DNA of 64,000 nucleotides from an uncultured Spirochaetales bacterium (lineage in GTDB: Bacteria > Myxococcota_A > UBA9160 > SMWR01): the NCBI GenBank assembly GCA_964624475.1, contig CAZUYC010000083.1, positions 50,368-114,367 on the forward strand, read 5' to 3'. This document shows positions 1 through 8,578 of this stretch, one piece after another. The notes below the pieces were generated by a model that was not told the DNA's origin, ran no database searches, and worked only from the letters and a program-made list of their open reading frames with translations. The position numbers and the translations under genes were made by a program. Positions within the stretch are counted from its first letter, which is position 1, and each line of letters begins with the position of its first letter.

Positions 1-861
1 CTGCGTGCTCTGGGCCTGGGCCAGGAGCTCCGCCGGCACCACGACCTCGAAATCCGCGACGTCGTGGTGCGCCCGGCGGATGAGCCGGCTCACGATCGCC
101 GCCACCGCCGCAACCCGCTCGGCCTCGTCCACCTGGATCGCCAGCTCGTCGAGGGCCCCCTCCGCTCGCGCCAGCGGGAAGCGGGCGGTGGCGGTGGTGA
201 TGGGGACGTGGACGTCCCGGTTGATGTCGCGCACGCGGATCGCGCTGGCGCGCCCCTCGCGCACGTGCCGGGGCTCCATCACGCCCACCACGGTGAAGTG
301 GTCGTCGCCGATCCGGATCCGGCGGCCGAGGGGGTGCTGGAGGCCGAAGAGCTCCTGAGCGACGCCGGCTCCGATCACCGCCACGCGTTTCGCGTCCGCC
401 ACGTCGAGGTCGGAGAGGAAGCGGCCCTGGCCCGTGCGAAAGTCGGTCACCGCCGCGTAGGCGGCGTTGGTCCCGACCACGCGCGCCGTGCTCTCGCGCC
501 CGCGCAACAGCACGGGAGCATCCACGAAGCGCACCGGCGCGAGCCCCGCGAGGTCGGGGAGGCTCGCGCGGATCAGCTCCGCGTCCGCGGTGGAGAGCCC
601 CCGCGAGCCCTTCTGCTCCGCCTCCTCCCGGGCCTTGCCGACGAGGGAGAGCTGGCTCACGCGGATGTTGTTGGTGCCGAGCAGCCGGATCTGCTCCACC
701 GCCTCGCGGCGCGCGCCGCCGGCGATGGCGAGCATCGCGACGACCGCGGCCACCCCGAAGATCACGCCGAGCATCGTGAGCGCCGAGCGCAGCTTGTGGG
801 CCTGGATGCTGCGCAGCCCGACGCGGGCGTTCTCGAGGTGCTCGATCGGGACGAGGCTCAT
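1..861 (-). CDS. MacB/FtsX-family ABC transporter permease (N-terminal part; runs off window start)
   Basis: Not in the ORF track. My translation from ATG 861 gives MSLVPIEHLENARVGLRSIQAHKLRSALTMLGVIFGVAAVVAMLAIAGGA..., a typical MacB permease N-terminus. ATGA overlap with the stop of the ATPase gene. Confidence 0.9.
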   Translation of the reverse strand, partial: MSLVPIEHLENARVGLRSIQAHKLRSALTMLGVIFGVAAVVAMLAIAGGARREAVEQIRLLGTNNIRVSQLSLVGKAREEAEQKGSRGLSTADAELIRASLPDLAGLAPVRFVDAPVLLRGRESTARVVGTNAAYAAVTDFRTGQGRFLSDLDVADAKRVAVIGAGVAQELFGLQHPLGRRIRIGDDHFTVVGVMEPRHVREGRASAIRVRDINRDVHVPITTATARFPLARAEGALDELAIQVDEAERVAAVAAIVSRLIRRAHHDVADFEVVVPAELLAQAQSTQ

Positions 862-1592
862 CGGCGTCGCACCGCCACCTCGAGGGCATCGACGAGCTCG
901 AGGCACTCGGCGCCGCGCAGCTCCCGCTCGATCTGGCCGTCCTGCATCTGGATCACCCGCTCGGCGCGACGGGCCTTGGTGACGTCGTGTGTCACCACCA
1001 CCACGGTCACCCCCTCGGCGTGGAGCTGCTCGAGGATGCGGGTGATCTCCTCCCCGGTGCGGCGATCGAGGTTGCCGGTGGGCTCGTCCGCGAGCAGCAG
1101 GTCCGGGCGCGTCACCAGGGCGCGCGCGATCGCGACGCGCTGGCATTCGCCTCCCGAGAGCTCGTTCGGGCGGTGCGCGCGGCGGCCGCCGAGGCCGACG
1201 CGCTCGAGCACCTCCCGGGCGAGTCGGCTCCGGAGCTCCCGCTGCGCGCCGGCGTAGACGAGCGGGACCTCGACGTTCTCCTGCACCGAGAGCTGGGGGA
1301 TCAGGTGGAAGGCCTGGAAGACGAAGCCGATCCTGCGGTTGCGCAGGCGCGAGAGCGCGTCGTCCGGGAGCTCCTCGACCGGGGTGCCGTCGAGCCAGCA
1401 GCGGCCCGAGCTGGGGCGGTCGAGGCAGCCCGCGATGTGCATCAGCGTGGACTTGCCCGACCCCGAGGGCCCGATCACCGCCAGGTACTCGCCGCGCTGC
1501 ACCGATACGCTGACGCCGCGCAGGGCGAGCAGCTGCGAGCCCCCCATCGGGTAGGACTTGTGGACCCCCTCGAGCCGGATCAGCGCCTCCAC
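858..1592 (-). CDS. ABC transporter ATP-binding protein (MacB/LolD type)
   Basis: Walker A GPSGSGKST, Q-loop GFVFQ, signature LSGGE, Walker B LLLADEPTGNLD, H-loop VTHD. Confidence 0.95.
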   Translation of the reverse strand: MEALIRLEGVHKSYPMGGSQLLALRGVSVSVQRGEYLAVIGPSGSGKSTLMHIAGCLDRPSSGRCWLDGTPVEELPDDALSRLRNRRIGFVFQAFHLIPQLSVQENVEVPLVYAGAQRELRSRLAREVLERVGLGGRRAHRPNELSGGECQRVAIARALVTRPDLLLADEPTGNLDRRTGEEITRILEQLHAEGVTVVVVTHDVTKARRAERVIQMQDGQIERELRGAECLELVDALEVAVRRR

Positions 1593-1600
1593 CGGGATTC

Positions 1601-2827
1601 TCAGGGCGCCTGGGGCAGGCCGAGCAGGAGCAGGTCGCCCTCCTCGACGCCCGACGCGATGATCGCCAGCCGGTCGGTGCTCCCGCCGAGCACGACCGCC
1701 AGCTTGCGCGGACGGCCGTCCTGCTTCGCGTAGACGACCGCCTGATCCTGCTCGTCCACGAAGACGGCGGCGATCGGTACGGAGAGGACCTGCGGGTTCT
1801 CGCTGACGAGGATCTCGACCGTCGTGCTGAGCCCGGGCTTCAGGCGTTCGTCCTGGTCGAGGACCTGGATCCCGACGTCGAAGATCTTGACCCCGATCGG
1901 CTGCCCGCTCACCCGGGAGATCTTCTGCCGCGCCAGCGACGCGATCGAGACGACCTCGCCGCGAAAGACCGCGTCGGGGTAGGCGTCGAGGCGCAGCTCC
2001 ACCGGGCTCGCGACGCGCACCTTGGCGAGGTCGAACTCGCTGATCTCGGTGTCCACGCGCATGCTCGTGGGGTCGGGGAGGTAGATCAGCGGCATGCCCT
2101 CGAAGGGGATCACGCCGACGCTGATCTTGCGCGGGTTCGCGGCGTCGCCGGTCGTGGCGTAGACGACCACGCCATCGCGAGGGGCGTGCACGAAGCCCTC
2201 GTCGAGCTTGCGATCCTGCTGTTCGACCTCGTGCTGCGCCCGCTCCACGTTGGCGCGAGCCGCGTCCACGGAGGCCTCGAAGGAGCGCGTGGAGGCCTTC
2301 ACCTCCTGGTGGGCGAGCCGCGCGGCGTCGAGCTCGTTGCGGTTCACGAAGCCCTTCTCGGCCAGCTCGGGGAGCGAGGCGTACTCGAGCCGCGCCCTCT
2401 CCTGGGCGGCCTGCTGGGCCTCGAGCTGACCGAGCGCCTTCGAGAGGTCCGCGCGCGCGATCGCCAGGGCCGACTCCGCGGAAGACTTCGCGATCTCGTA
2501 CTTCTGGGACTCGAAGCGGACCAGCAGGTCGCCTTCCTTCACGCGCGTGCCCTCGGGCACGAGCCAGATGATCTGCTTGTCGTTGGTCGCGGTCACCGTC
2601 GCCTGCTGCTCGGCGCGCAGCTCGCCGGACTCGACGATGGTGATGCGCACGTCGCCCCGCTGCACCCGCGCGGTCGGGATGCGGTCGAGGTCGGCGTCCT
2701 GGCCTCGCGCGTGCGCGAGCGCCACGCCCAGCGCCAGCGCGCCCGCCGCGGCGATGGCGGCGACCGCCGGCCGCGCGCGCAGGCGGGTCGCGAGCTCGCG
2801 GAGCCGGTTCGAGCGGGCATCCCCCAT
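1601..2827 (-). CDS. Periplasmic adaptor / membrane fusion protein (MacA/HlyD family)
   Basis: C-terminal 409 codons of track ORF 1601..4387, from MGDARSNRL (RBS GGGAGGA). N-terminal TM, TARVQRGD, coiled-coil hairpin, lipoyl-like APRDGVVVY, LKPGLST. Confidence 0.9.
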   Translation of the reverse strand: MGDARSNRLRELATRLRARPAVAAIAAAGALALGVALAHARGQDADLDRIPTARVQRGDVRITIVESGELRAEQQATVTATNDKQIIWLVPEGTRVKEGDLLVRFESQKYEIAKSSAESALAIARADLSKALGQLEAQQAAQERARLEYASLPELAEKGFVNRNELDAARLAHQEVKASTRSFEASVDAARANVERAQHEVEQQDRKLDEGFVHAPRDGVVVYATTGDAANPRKISVGVIPFEGMPLIYLPDPTSMRVDTEISEFDLAKVRVASPVELRLDAYPDAVFRGEVVSIASLARQKISRVSGQPIGVKIFDVGIQVLDQDERLKPGLSTTVEILVSENPQVLSVPIAAVFVDEQDQAVVYAKQDGRPRKLAVVLGGSTDRLAIIASGVEEGDLLLLGLPQAP

Positions 2828-2844
2828 GGCGTCCTCCCGGGGCT

Positions 2845-4401
2845 TCAGAGCGGCCCGGCGATCCGGGCCTCGAGGCGCGCCAGCCCGTTGGTGTAGTCCA
2901 CGACCGCGGCGAGCAGGTCGCTCTCCGCGTCGACGAGGTCCTCCTGCGCGTCGGTCACGTCGAAGTTGTCCGCGATCCCGCGCTGGTAGCGGACCTGCGC
3001 GATCTCGAGCTTGCGGCGGGCCTGCTCCACCTTGTCCGTCTGCGCCTCGAGCTCCTCGAGGTTCTCGCGCAGGTTGATCTCCTCGGAGCGCACCTCGAGC
3101 TCGATCAGGCGGCGCTGGTTCTCGAGCTCGCGCTCGATGCGCGCGTAGTGGAGCGAGGCCTCGCGCAGGCGTTCCCGCGCCGCCACGTTGCCGAAGGGGA
3201 CCTCGAACTCGAGGCCGGCGATCCATTGCTGGCTGCCGAAGCCCCAGACCCGACGCGCGGAGGTGTCGTTTTCGTCGCGCCGGAAGACCCCCACCAGGTC
3301 GAGCTTCGGCAGCGTCGCGTTGCCGGCCACCCGGACCAGGAGGGCGCTCTGTTCCAGCCGATAGAGGATCTCCCGGATCTCGGGACGGTAGGCCAGCGCC
3401 TGCTCGATCCACGCCCCGAGGCGCAGCTCGACGGGCTCGAACGGGATGATCGCGTCGACGGGCTTCAGGTACTCGCCGATCGCGAGGCCGAGCACGTCCC
3501 GCAGCGCGAGCTGCGCGAGATCGAGCGCGCCGCGCCGCGACGCCAGGTCCGAGAGGTCGTCGGAGAGCTGGATCTCGGCCGAGACGATGTCGCGCTGGCT
3601 GGCGCGCCCCGCGCGGAAGAGCGCCTGCGAGGCCTCGATCAGCTGGCGGTCGCGCCCGATCGCCTGCTCGCTCACCTGGATCAGGCGCTCGGCCAGGATC
3701 GCGTTGTAGTAGGCCTGCTTGGCCTCGGCGGTCACCAGCAGGACCTGCGCGCGCAGCTGCGACTCGAAGATCCCGAGCGTGTACTCGGCGTCCTGGATCG
3801 GGGCGGTGGCCACGTAGCTGCGCCCGCCGCGCATGAGCGGCTGGCGCAGCTCGATCTGCGCTCCGCCCTCGATCACATCGTTCCCGCCGAACTCGTTGCC
3901 GGCCTCGCGCAGGGCGTCCACGCCGAGCGTGATCTGGGCGCCGGTCGGGAGCTCCTGGCGCACGAAGACCCGCGCGAGCTGGCTGCGGTCGCTCTCCGCG
4001 CCCGACTCCTTCACGATCGCGCCGTCGTCCGCGACCTCGAGGGGATCCCGGACCCGCGCGTCGCTGGCGAGGAAGTTCATGCCGGGGGTCGGGTGGAAGA
4101 AGGCGCGCCTCGCGGGAACCTCGCGCTCGGCGATGTCGCGGTCGAGCTCCGCGACCTGCAGCCGCAGGTTGTGCTCGAGCGCGAGCCGGATGGCTTCCTC
4201 GAGGCCGACCAGCCGGACCGCCGCGTCGCCGGAGGCGCCGGCCCCGCGCTCGCCCCGGGTACCCTCGATCGCGCTGCGCAGGGCCCTCGTGTCGATCTCC
4301 GAGGCGCGCCCGATGTCGAGCTCCGGCGCGGGGGCCCCCGGCGCGCTTCCCGCCACCACGAGCCCCAAGATCGCCTGCGCCACACACCGCGTCCCGCGCA
4401 A
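2845..4401 (-). CDS. TolC-family outer membrane efflux protein
   Basis: Signal-like N-terminus, LEEAIRLALEHN, ELRQPLMRGG, AKQAYYN, LPKLDL; two helical repeats. Start uncertain. Confidence 0.88.
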   Translation of the reverse strand: MRGTRCVAQAILGLVVAGSAPGAPAPELDIGRASEIDTRALRSAIEGTRGERGAGASGDAAVRLVGLEEAIRLALEHNLRLQVAELDRDIAEREVPARRAFFHPTPGMNFLASDARVRDPLEVADDGAIVKESGAESDRSQLARVFVRQELPTGAQITLGVDALREAGNEFGGNDVIEGGAQIELRQPLMRGGRSYVATAPIQDAEYTLGIFESQLRAQVLLVTAEAKQAYYNAILAERLIQVSEQAIGRDRQLIEASQALFRAGRASQRDIVSAEIQLSDDLSDLASRRGALDLAQLALRDVLGLAIGEYLKPVDAIIPFEPVELRLGAWIEQALAYRPEIREILYRLEQSALLVRVAGNATLPKLDLVGVFRRDENDTSARRVWGFGSQQWIAGLEFEVPFGNVAARERLREASLHYARIERELENQRRLIELEVRSEEINLRENLEELEAQTDKVEQARRKLEIAQVRYQRGIADNFDVTDAQEDLVDAESDLLAAVVDYTNGLARLEARIAGPL

Positions 4402-4480
4402 CGCCGCCTCCGCGCCCCTTCGTGAGTGCCTTTTCCCCGCGGATCGGTGGCGCCGGCCTCGGGTGCGGGATCGGCGGGGG

Positions 4481-5470
4481 CTAGGAGCGGACGTCGAGGG
4501 CGAGCGGCTGCGCGCGAGGAGGCTCGCCGTGGGCCGGGGCCGGCTCGTGGGGGTCGGTCGCGGCGGCGGGCGCCGGTGTCTCGCACGCGGCCGCCGCCGG
4601 ATGCAGGATCTCGAGCACCTCCTCGGCCAGGTGCTGCATCTGGCGGTGGACGATCGAGCCGCGGGCCGCGTGCAGGATGGTCTTCGCGGCGTGGGCCGGG
4701 TTCGTGGCGAGCGACTCCACCTTGGGGCTGCTCGACAGGAAGGTCTCGAGCAGGGGATGCCCCCGGCTGCGCACCTCCGCGAGCAGGAGCGAGAGGACGT
4801 CGCGCACCTCCCCTTCCGTGTAACGGATCCGCAGGTCGACGAGCGAGAGCAGGATCCGGGCGCTCTCGGGCGGTCGCTTCCAGGCCGCCAGCAGATCGAA
4901 GACCTTCCGCGCCTCGAACAGGGAGCCGAGGTCCCGGGCCAGCACCAGCGCGAGGTCGCTCGCGACGAGCGCGTTCTGGGTCAGGATCTCGAGGTCGCTC
5001 TTGGTGTCGATCACGACGAGCCCCCGCCACTCCGTGCGCAGGAGCGCCGCGTGGAGGTGTGCGGGGTCGTCGATCTCGCGCTTGAGCTCCCCGATCCGCC
5101 GGCTCGTCGGCAGGTAGTGCACGCCGTAGTGGCCGAGGCGGATCGCCGCGGAGAGCGAGCCGCTGCGGAGCGCGTCGAGGACCGTCGGCTGCGACGCGGC
5201 GGGCTCGATCGCGAACATGCGATCGATCGCATCCTGATCGTCGAGGCCGAGCAGCAGGATGGGCAGGTCCTCGCGCATCGCGCGCAGGTAGACGGCCAGG
5301 TTGGTCGCGACGGTGGTCTTCCCGACGCCCCCCTTGTTGCTCACGACCGCGAGCACGCGGAAGGGGCGGCGCTCGCGGCCGAGCTCCCCGGGGGTGCGAG
5401 GGCGCAGGATCTCGCGCGGCCGCAGCCGGGATTCGTCCGCCCTGCGCACGGCGTCGAAGAAGCGGCTCAC
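4481..5470 (-). CDS. ParA/MinD-family ATPase
   Basis: Deviant Walker A NKGGVGKTT, VVIDT. Start re-called at GTG 5470 behind a strong SD (AGGAGGAG). Confidence 0.85.
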   Translation of the reverse strand: MSRFFDAVRRADESRLRPREILRPRTPGELGRERRPFRVLAVVSNKGGVGKTTVATNLAVYLRAMREDLPILLLGLDDQDAIDRMFAIEPAASQPTVLDALRSGSLSAAIRLGHYGVHYLPTSRRIGELKREIDDPAHLHAALLRTEWRGLVVIDTKSDLEILTQNALVASDLALVLARDLGSLFEARKVFDLLAAWKRPPESARILLSLVDLRIRYTEGEVRDVLSLLLAEVRSRGHPLLETFLSSSPKVESLATNPAHAAKTILHAARGSIVHRQMQHLAEEVLEILHPAAAACETPAPAAATDPHEPAPAHGEPPRAQPLALDVRS

Positions 5471-5589
5471 GGATCTCCTCCTGCGTGGCATCGGAGACGA
5501 GGCCGCGGCGTCCGGTGGGAGGCGCCGGTGCCTCGATCCTATCACGGATCGACGTGGGACCTCGCGGGGCCCGCCGCGCGGTGGCGCGC

Positions 5590-6600
5590 TCAGTTCGCGC
5601 GGCCCGAGGAGTGGGATCCGGGCGCGAGCCGGCCGCCCTCCCGGTATTCCCGCATCCGGTACTGGATCTTGCGCGTCGAGATGCCGAGCATCGCGGCCGC
5701 GCGGGAGGTGGAGCCGTGGACCGCCTCCAGCGTGCGCAGGATCGCGACCCGCTCGATCTCGGCCAGGGTCGAGCCGGGGATCGAGACCTCGAGGTCGCGG
5801 CAGGGCTTCCCGACCAGCGACGGCCGCAGCTGCTCGGGCCGGATCCAGCGCTCTCGCGCCATCACCACCGCTCGCTCGATCGCGTTGCCGAGCTCGCGCA
5901 CGTTGCCGGGCCACGAGTGCGTTCGGAGCACCTCGAGCGCGTCGGGCGTGAAGCCCTCGACGAGGCGCCCATGGCGCTCCGCCGCGCGCGCGAGGAGCTC
6001 CTCCGCGAGCTGCGGGATGTCGGTCCGGCGCTCGCGCAGCGGCGGGATCTCGATCTGCACGACGCTCAGGCGGTAGAAGAGATCCTCGCGGAAGCGGCCG
6101 GCGGCGACCGCCTCGCGCAGGTCGCGATGGGTGGCGGCCACGAGCCTCACGTCGACCCGGATCGCCTCGCCTCCGTCCTCGGGCTCGAGCGCGCGCGTCT
6201 GGAGGAAACGCAGCAGCCTCGCCTGCGTGCCGGCCGGGATCTCGGCGACGTCGCCGAGGAAGAGGGTGCCGCCGTCGGCCTGCCGCAAGCGGCCCACGCG
6301 CTGCGCGGCGGTGGCGCTCGGGTCGTTGCGCGGGTGGCCGAAGAGCTCGGACTCGAGGGCGGGCTCGCCCTGCGCGTCGCAGCAGACCTCGACGAAGGGG
6401 CCGCGGGCGCGCGGGCTCGCCGCGTGGATGGCGGCGGCGGCGCGCCGCTTTCCGGTACCGATCTCGCCGCAGAGCAGGACGTCGAGGGCGCTCGGGGCGA
6501 CCCGCTCGATCGCCTCGCGCACGTCGCGGATGCTCGGGTGAGCGCCGAGGAGCTCATCCGGTCCGCCCTGCGCTCCGCTCAGCTCGCCGCTCCCGCTCAA
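5590..6600 (-). CDS. Sigma-54-activator-like AAA+ protein with Fis-type HTH, no sensory domain, degenerate motifs
   Basis: VLLCGEIGTGK, ESELFGH, ADGGTLFL, RLLRFLQ, FREDLFYRL, WPGNVREL, C-terminal AAAMLGISTRKIQY. Confidence 0.85.
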   Translation of the reverse strand: MSGSGELSGAQGGPDELLGAHPSIRDVREAIERVAPSALDVLLCGEIGTGKRRAAAAIHAASPRARGPFVEVCCDAQGEPALESELFGHPRNDPSATAAQRVGRLRQADGGTLFLGDVAEIPAGTQARLLRFLQTRALEPEDGGEAIRVDVRLVAATHRDLREAVAAGRFREDLFYRLSVVQIEIPPLRERRTDIPQLAEELLARAAERHGRLVEGFTPDALEVLRTHSWPGNVRELGNAIERAVVMARERWIRPEQLRPSLVGKPCRDLEVSIPGSTLAEIERVAILRTLEAVHGSTSRAAAMLGISTRKIQYRMREYREGGRLAPGSHSSGRAN

Positions 6601-6789
6601 ATTTCGCCTCGGCGGTGCGACGGCACCCGCCCCACCCCAGCCATTGTTCTATCTCGGGATGGGTGGAAAAAGCAACGGTATTTTTACTACACACGAGATC
6701 TCCATCCGCCCGCGGAGGCATCGAGGCCTGCATCGGCGCGCCTCTAGCGACTCGATCTGCCGGTGCGGGGAGGGGAGAGGCTCTGCGGC

Positions 6790-7977
6790 CTAGCGCTTCA
6801 CGATCACCGAGGAGCCGTGGCCGAAGAGGCCCTGGTTGGCCGTCACGCCGAGCCTCGCTCCTTCGACCTGGCGCTCGCCGGCCTGGCCGCGCAGCTGCCA
6901 GGTGAGCTCGCAGACCTGCGCGATCGCCTGCGCGGGGACCGCCTCGCCGAAGCAGGCGAGCCCGCCGCTCGGGTTCACGGGGACGCGGCCGCCGAGGGTC
7001 GTGTCGCCGTCGCGCAGCAGGCGCTCCGCCTCGCCGGGCTTGCACAGGCCGATGTTCTCGTACCAGTCGAGCTCGAGCGCCGACGAGAGGTCGTAGACCT
7101 CGGCCGTGTCGACGTCCGAGGGCTCGACCCCCGCCTGCTCGTAGGCCGTCTTCGCGATCGAGTCGCGGAACGAGACGTCGGGCGGGCTCACCACCGCGGC
7201 GGAGTCGGTCGCGAAGTTCGGCATCTCGATCAGCGCATTCGGGTAGCGAGGCGTCACCGTCGAGACGGCGGCGATGGCGATCGGCCGGCGCGTGTGGCGC
7301 CTTGCATGCTCCATGCTCGAGAGCACGAGCGCCGCGCCCCCGTCGCTCGTGGCGCAGATCATCAGCAGTCGCAGGGGGTCCGAGACGATCGCCGACTCGA
7401 GCACCTCCTCGATCGTGAAGGCCTTCTTGTAGCGGGCGTTCGGGTTCGTGGTGCCGTGCCGGCTGTTCTTGACCTTGACCCGGGCGAAATCGAGCTCGCT
7501 GGCTCCGTACATCTCCATCCGCCGGCGGGCGTAGAGGCCGAAGTAGACCGGGTTCGTGGCGCCGAGGAGCCGGAAGCGGAGCCAGTCCGGATCGTCGGGG
7601 CGGTCGCCGCCCGTCGGCGCGAAGAAGCCCTTCGGCGCCGCGTCGGCGCCCACCACGAGCGCGACGTCGCAGAGCCCGGCCAGGATGCGCGCGCGGGCGA
7701 CGTCGATCGCCTGCGCGCCCGAGGCGCAGGCGCCATAGGAGCTCGCGACCTGAGCGCCGGAGAAGCCGAGCGCCTGGGCGAAGGTCGCGCCGGCGACGAA
7801 GCCCGGATAGCCGTTGCGGATGGTGTCGGCGCCGGCGACGAAGTGGACGTCGCTCCAGGCGAGGCCCGCGTCGCGCAGCGCCGCGCGGGCCGCGGCCACG
7901 CCGTACTCGACGAAGTTGCGGCCCCACTTGCCCCAGGGGTGCATGCCGACGCCCAGGATCGCGACATCCTTCGCCAC
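6790..7977 (-). CDS. SCP2/lipid-transfer-protein-type thiolase-like protein
   Basis: Start GTG 7977 (VAKDVAILGVGMHPWGK) with SD GGGAGGAG; GACASG, CATSDGGAA, VNPSGG. Confidence 0.88.
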   Translation of the reverse strand: MAKDVAILGVGMHPWGKWGRNFVEYGVAAARAALRDAGLAWSDVHFVAGADTIRNGYPGFVAGATFAQALGFSGAQVASSYGACASGAQAIDVARARILAGLCDVALVVGADAAPKGFFAPTGGDRPDDPDWLRFRLLGATNPVYFGLYARRRMEMYGASELDFARVKVKNSRHGTTNPNARYKKAFTIEEVLESAIVSDPLRLLMICATSDGGAALVLSSMEHARRHTRRPIAIAAVSTVTPRYPNALIEMPNFATDSAAVVSPPDVSFRDSIAKTAYEQAGVEPSDVDTAEVYDLSSALELDWYENIGLCKPGEAERLLRDGDTTLGGRVPVNPSGGLACFGEAVPAQAIAQVCELTWQLRGQAGERQVEGARLGVTANQGLFGHGSSVIVKR

Positions 7978-8002
7978 GCGACTCCTCCCGTCCGTCTCCG
8001 TG

Positions 8003-8049
8003 CTCCGCTCGGCTTCGCCTCGCTGCGCGGCCGCTCCGCGGGCTTGCGG
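8003..8049 (+). repeat. REP-like dispersed repeat, copy 1 (intergenic)
   Basis: CTCCGCTCGGCTTCGCCTCGCTGCGCGGCCGCTCCGCGGGCTTGCGG; near-identical to 19893-19940 and to the reverse complement of 61064-61183. Confidence 0.75.
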
Positions 8050-8069
8050 CGGCCTCGTTCGCCGCGCCC

Positions 8070-8516
8070 TCAGGCGGCGACCGGCCTCCACTTCCAGACC
8101 ACGTAGTCGTTCGCGTCGTCGGAGTAGAGAGTGTCGAGGACGAGCTCCATCTCCATTCCCGCCCGCAGCCGATCCGTCCCCACGCCGCGCACCACCTGGC
8201 CGAGCACCACCATGCGCTCCGCGGCGAGCTCGACTGCGGCGATGGCGTACGGCTCGAAGGGGTCGGGCGCGACGTAGGGCGCCGGCGGCGCGTAGCGGTT
8301 GTCGGTGAACGACCAGAGCGTGCCGCGCCGCGAGAGCTCGACGCTCTCGAACTCCGACCCCTCGCAGGCCGGATTGCGGCAGAAGGCGGTCTCCCTCGGG
8401 AAGAAGGTGCTGCCGCAGCTTCGGCAGCGCGTGCCGATCAGGCGGGGATCCTTCTCGTCCATCCGGAACCAGCCGTCGATGGCCGGAACGCGCTTCCGGG
8501 GCGCCTCGCCAGCCAT
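8070..8516 (-). CDS. DUF35-family Zn-ribbon + OB-fold protein (thiolase partner)
   Basis: CRSCG...FCRNPAC zinc ribbon, GTLWSFT, LRAGMEMELV; directly upstream of the thiolase-like gene. Confidence 0.9.
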   Translation of the reverse strand: MAGEAPRKRVPAIDGWFRMDEKDPRLIGTRCRSCGSTFFPRETAFCRNPACEGSEFESVELSRRGTLWSFTDNRYAPPAPYVAPDPFEPYAIAAVELAAERMVVLGQVVRGVGTDRLRAGMEMELVLDTLYSDDANDYVVWKWRPVAA

Positions 8517-8578
8517 CCCGCCTCCGCCCGTGGGTCCGGCCAGGTTCTAGCACGCGCGGGCAGTCTTGGGTCAGGCTC

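Noticed and set aside
2828-4387. Apparent 928-aa fusion upstream of the adaptor gene
   Set aside because: Arg/Gly/Pro-rich alternative frame overlapping tolC; the adaptor has its own RBS and start at 2827.
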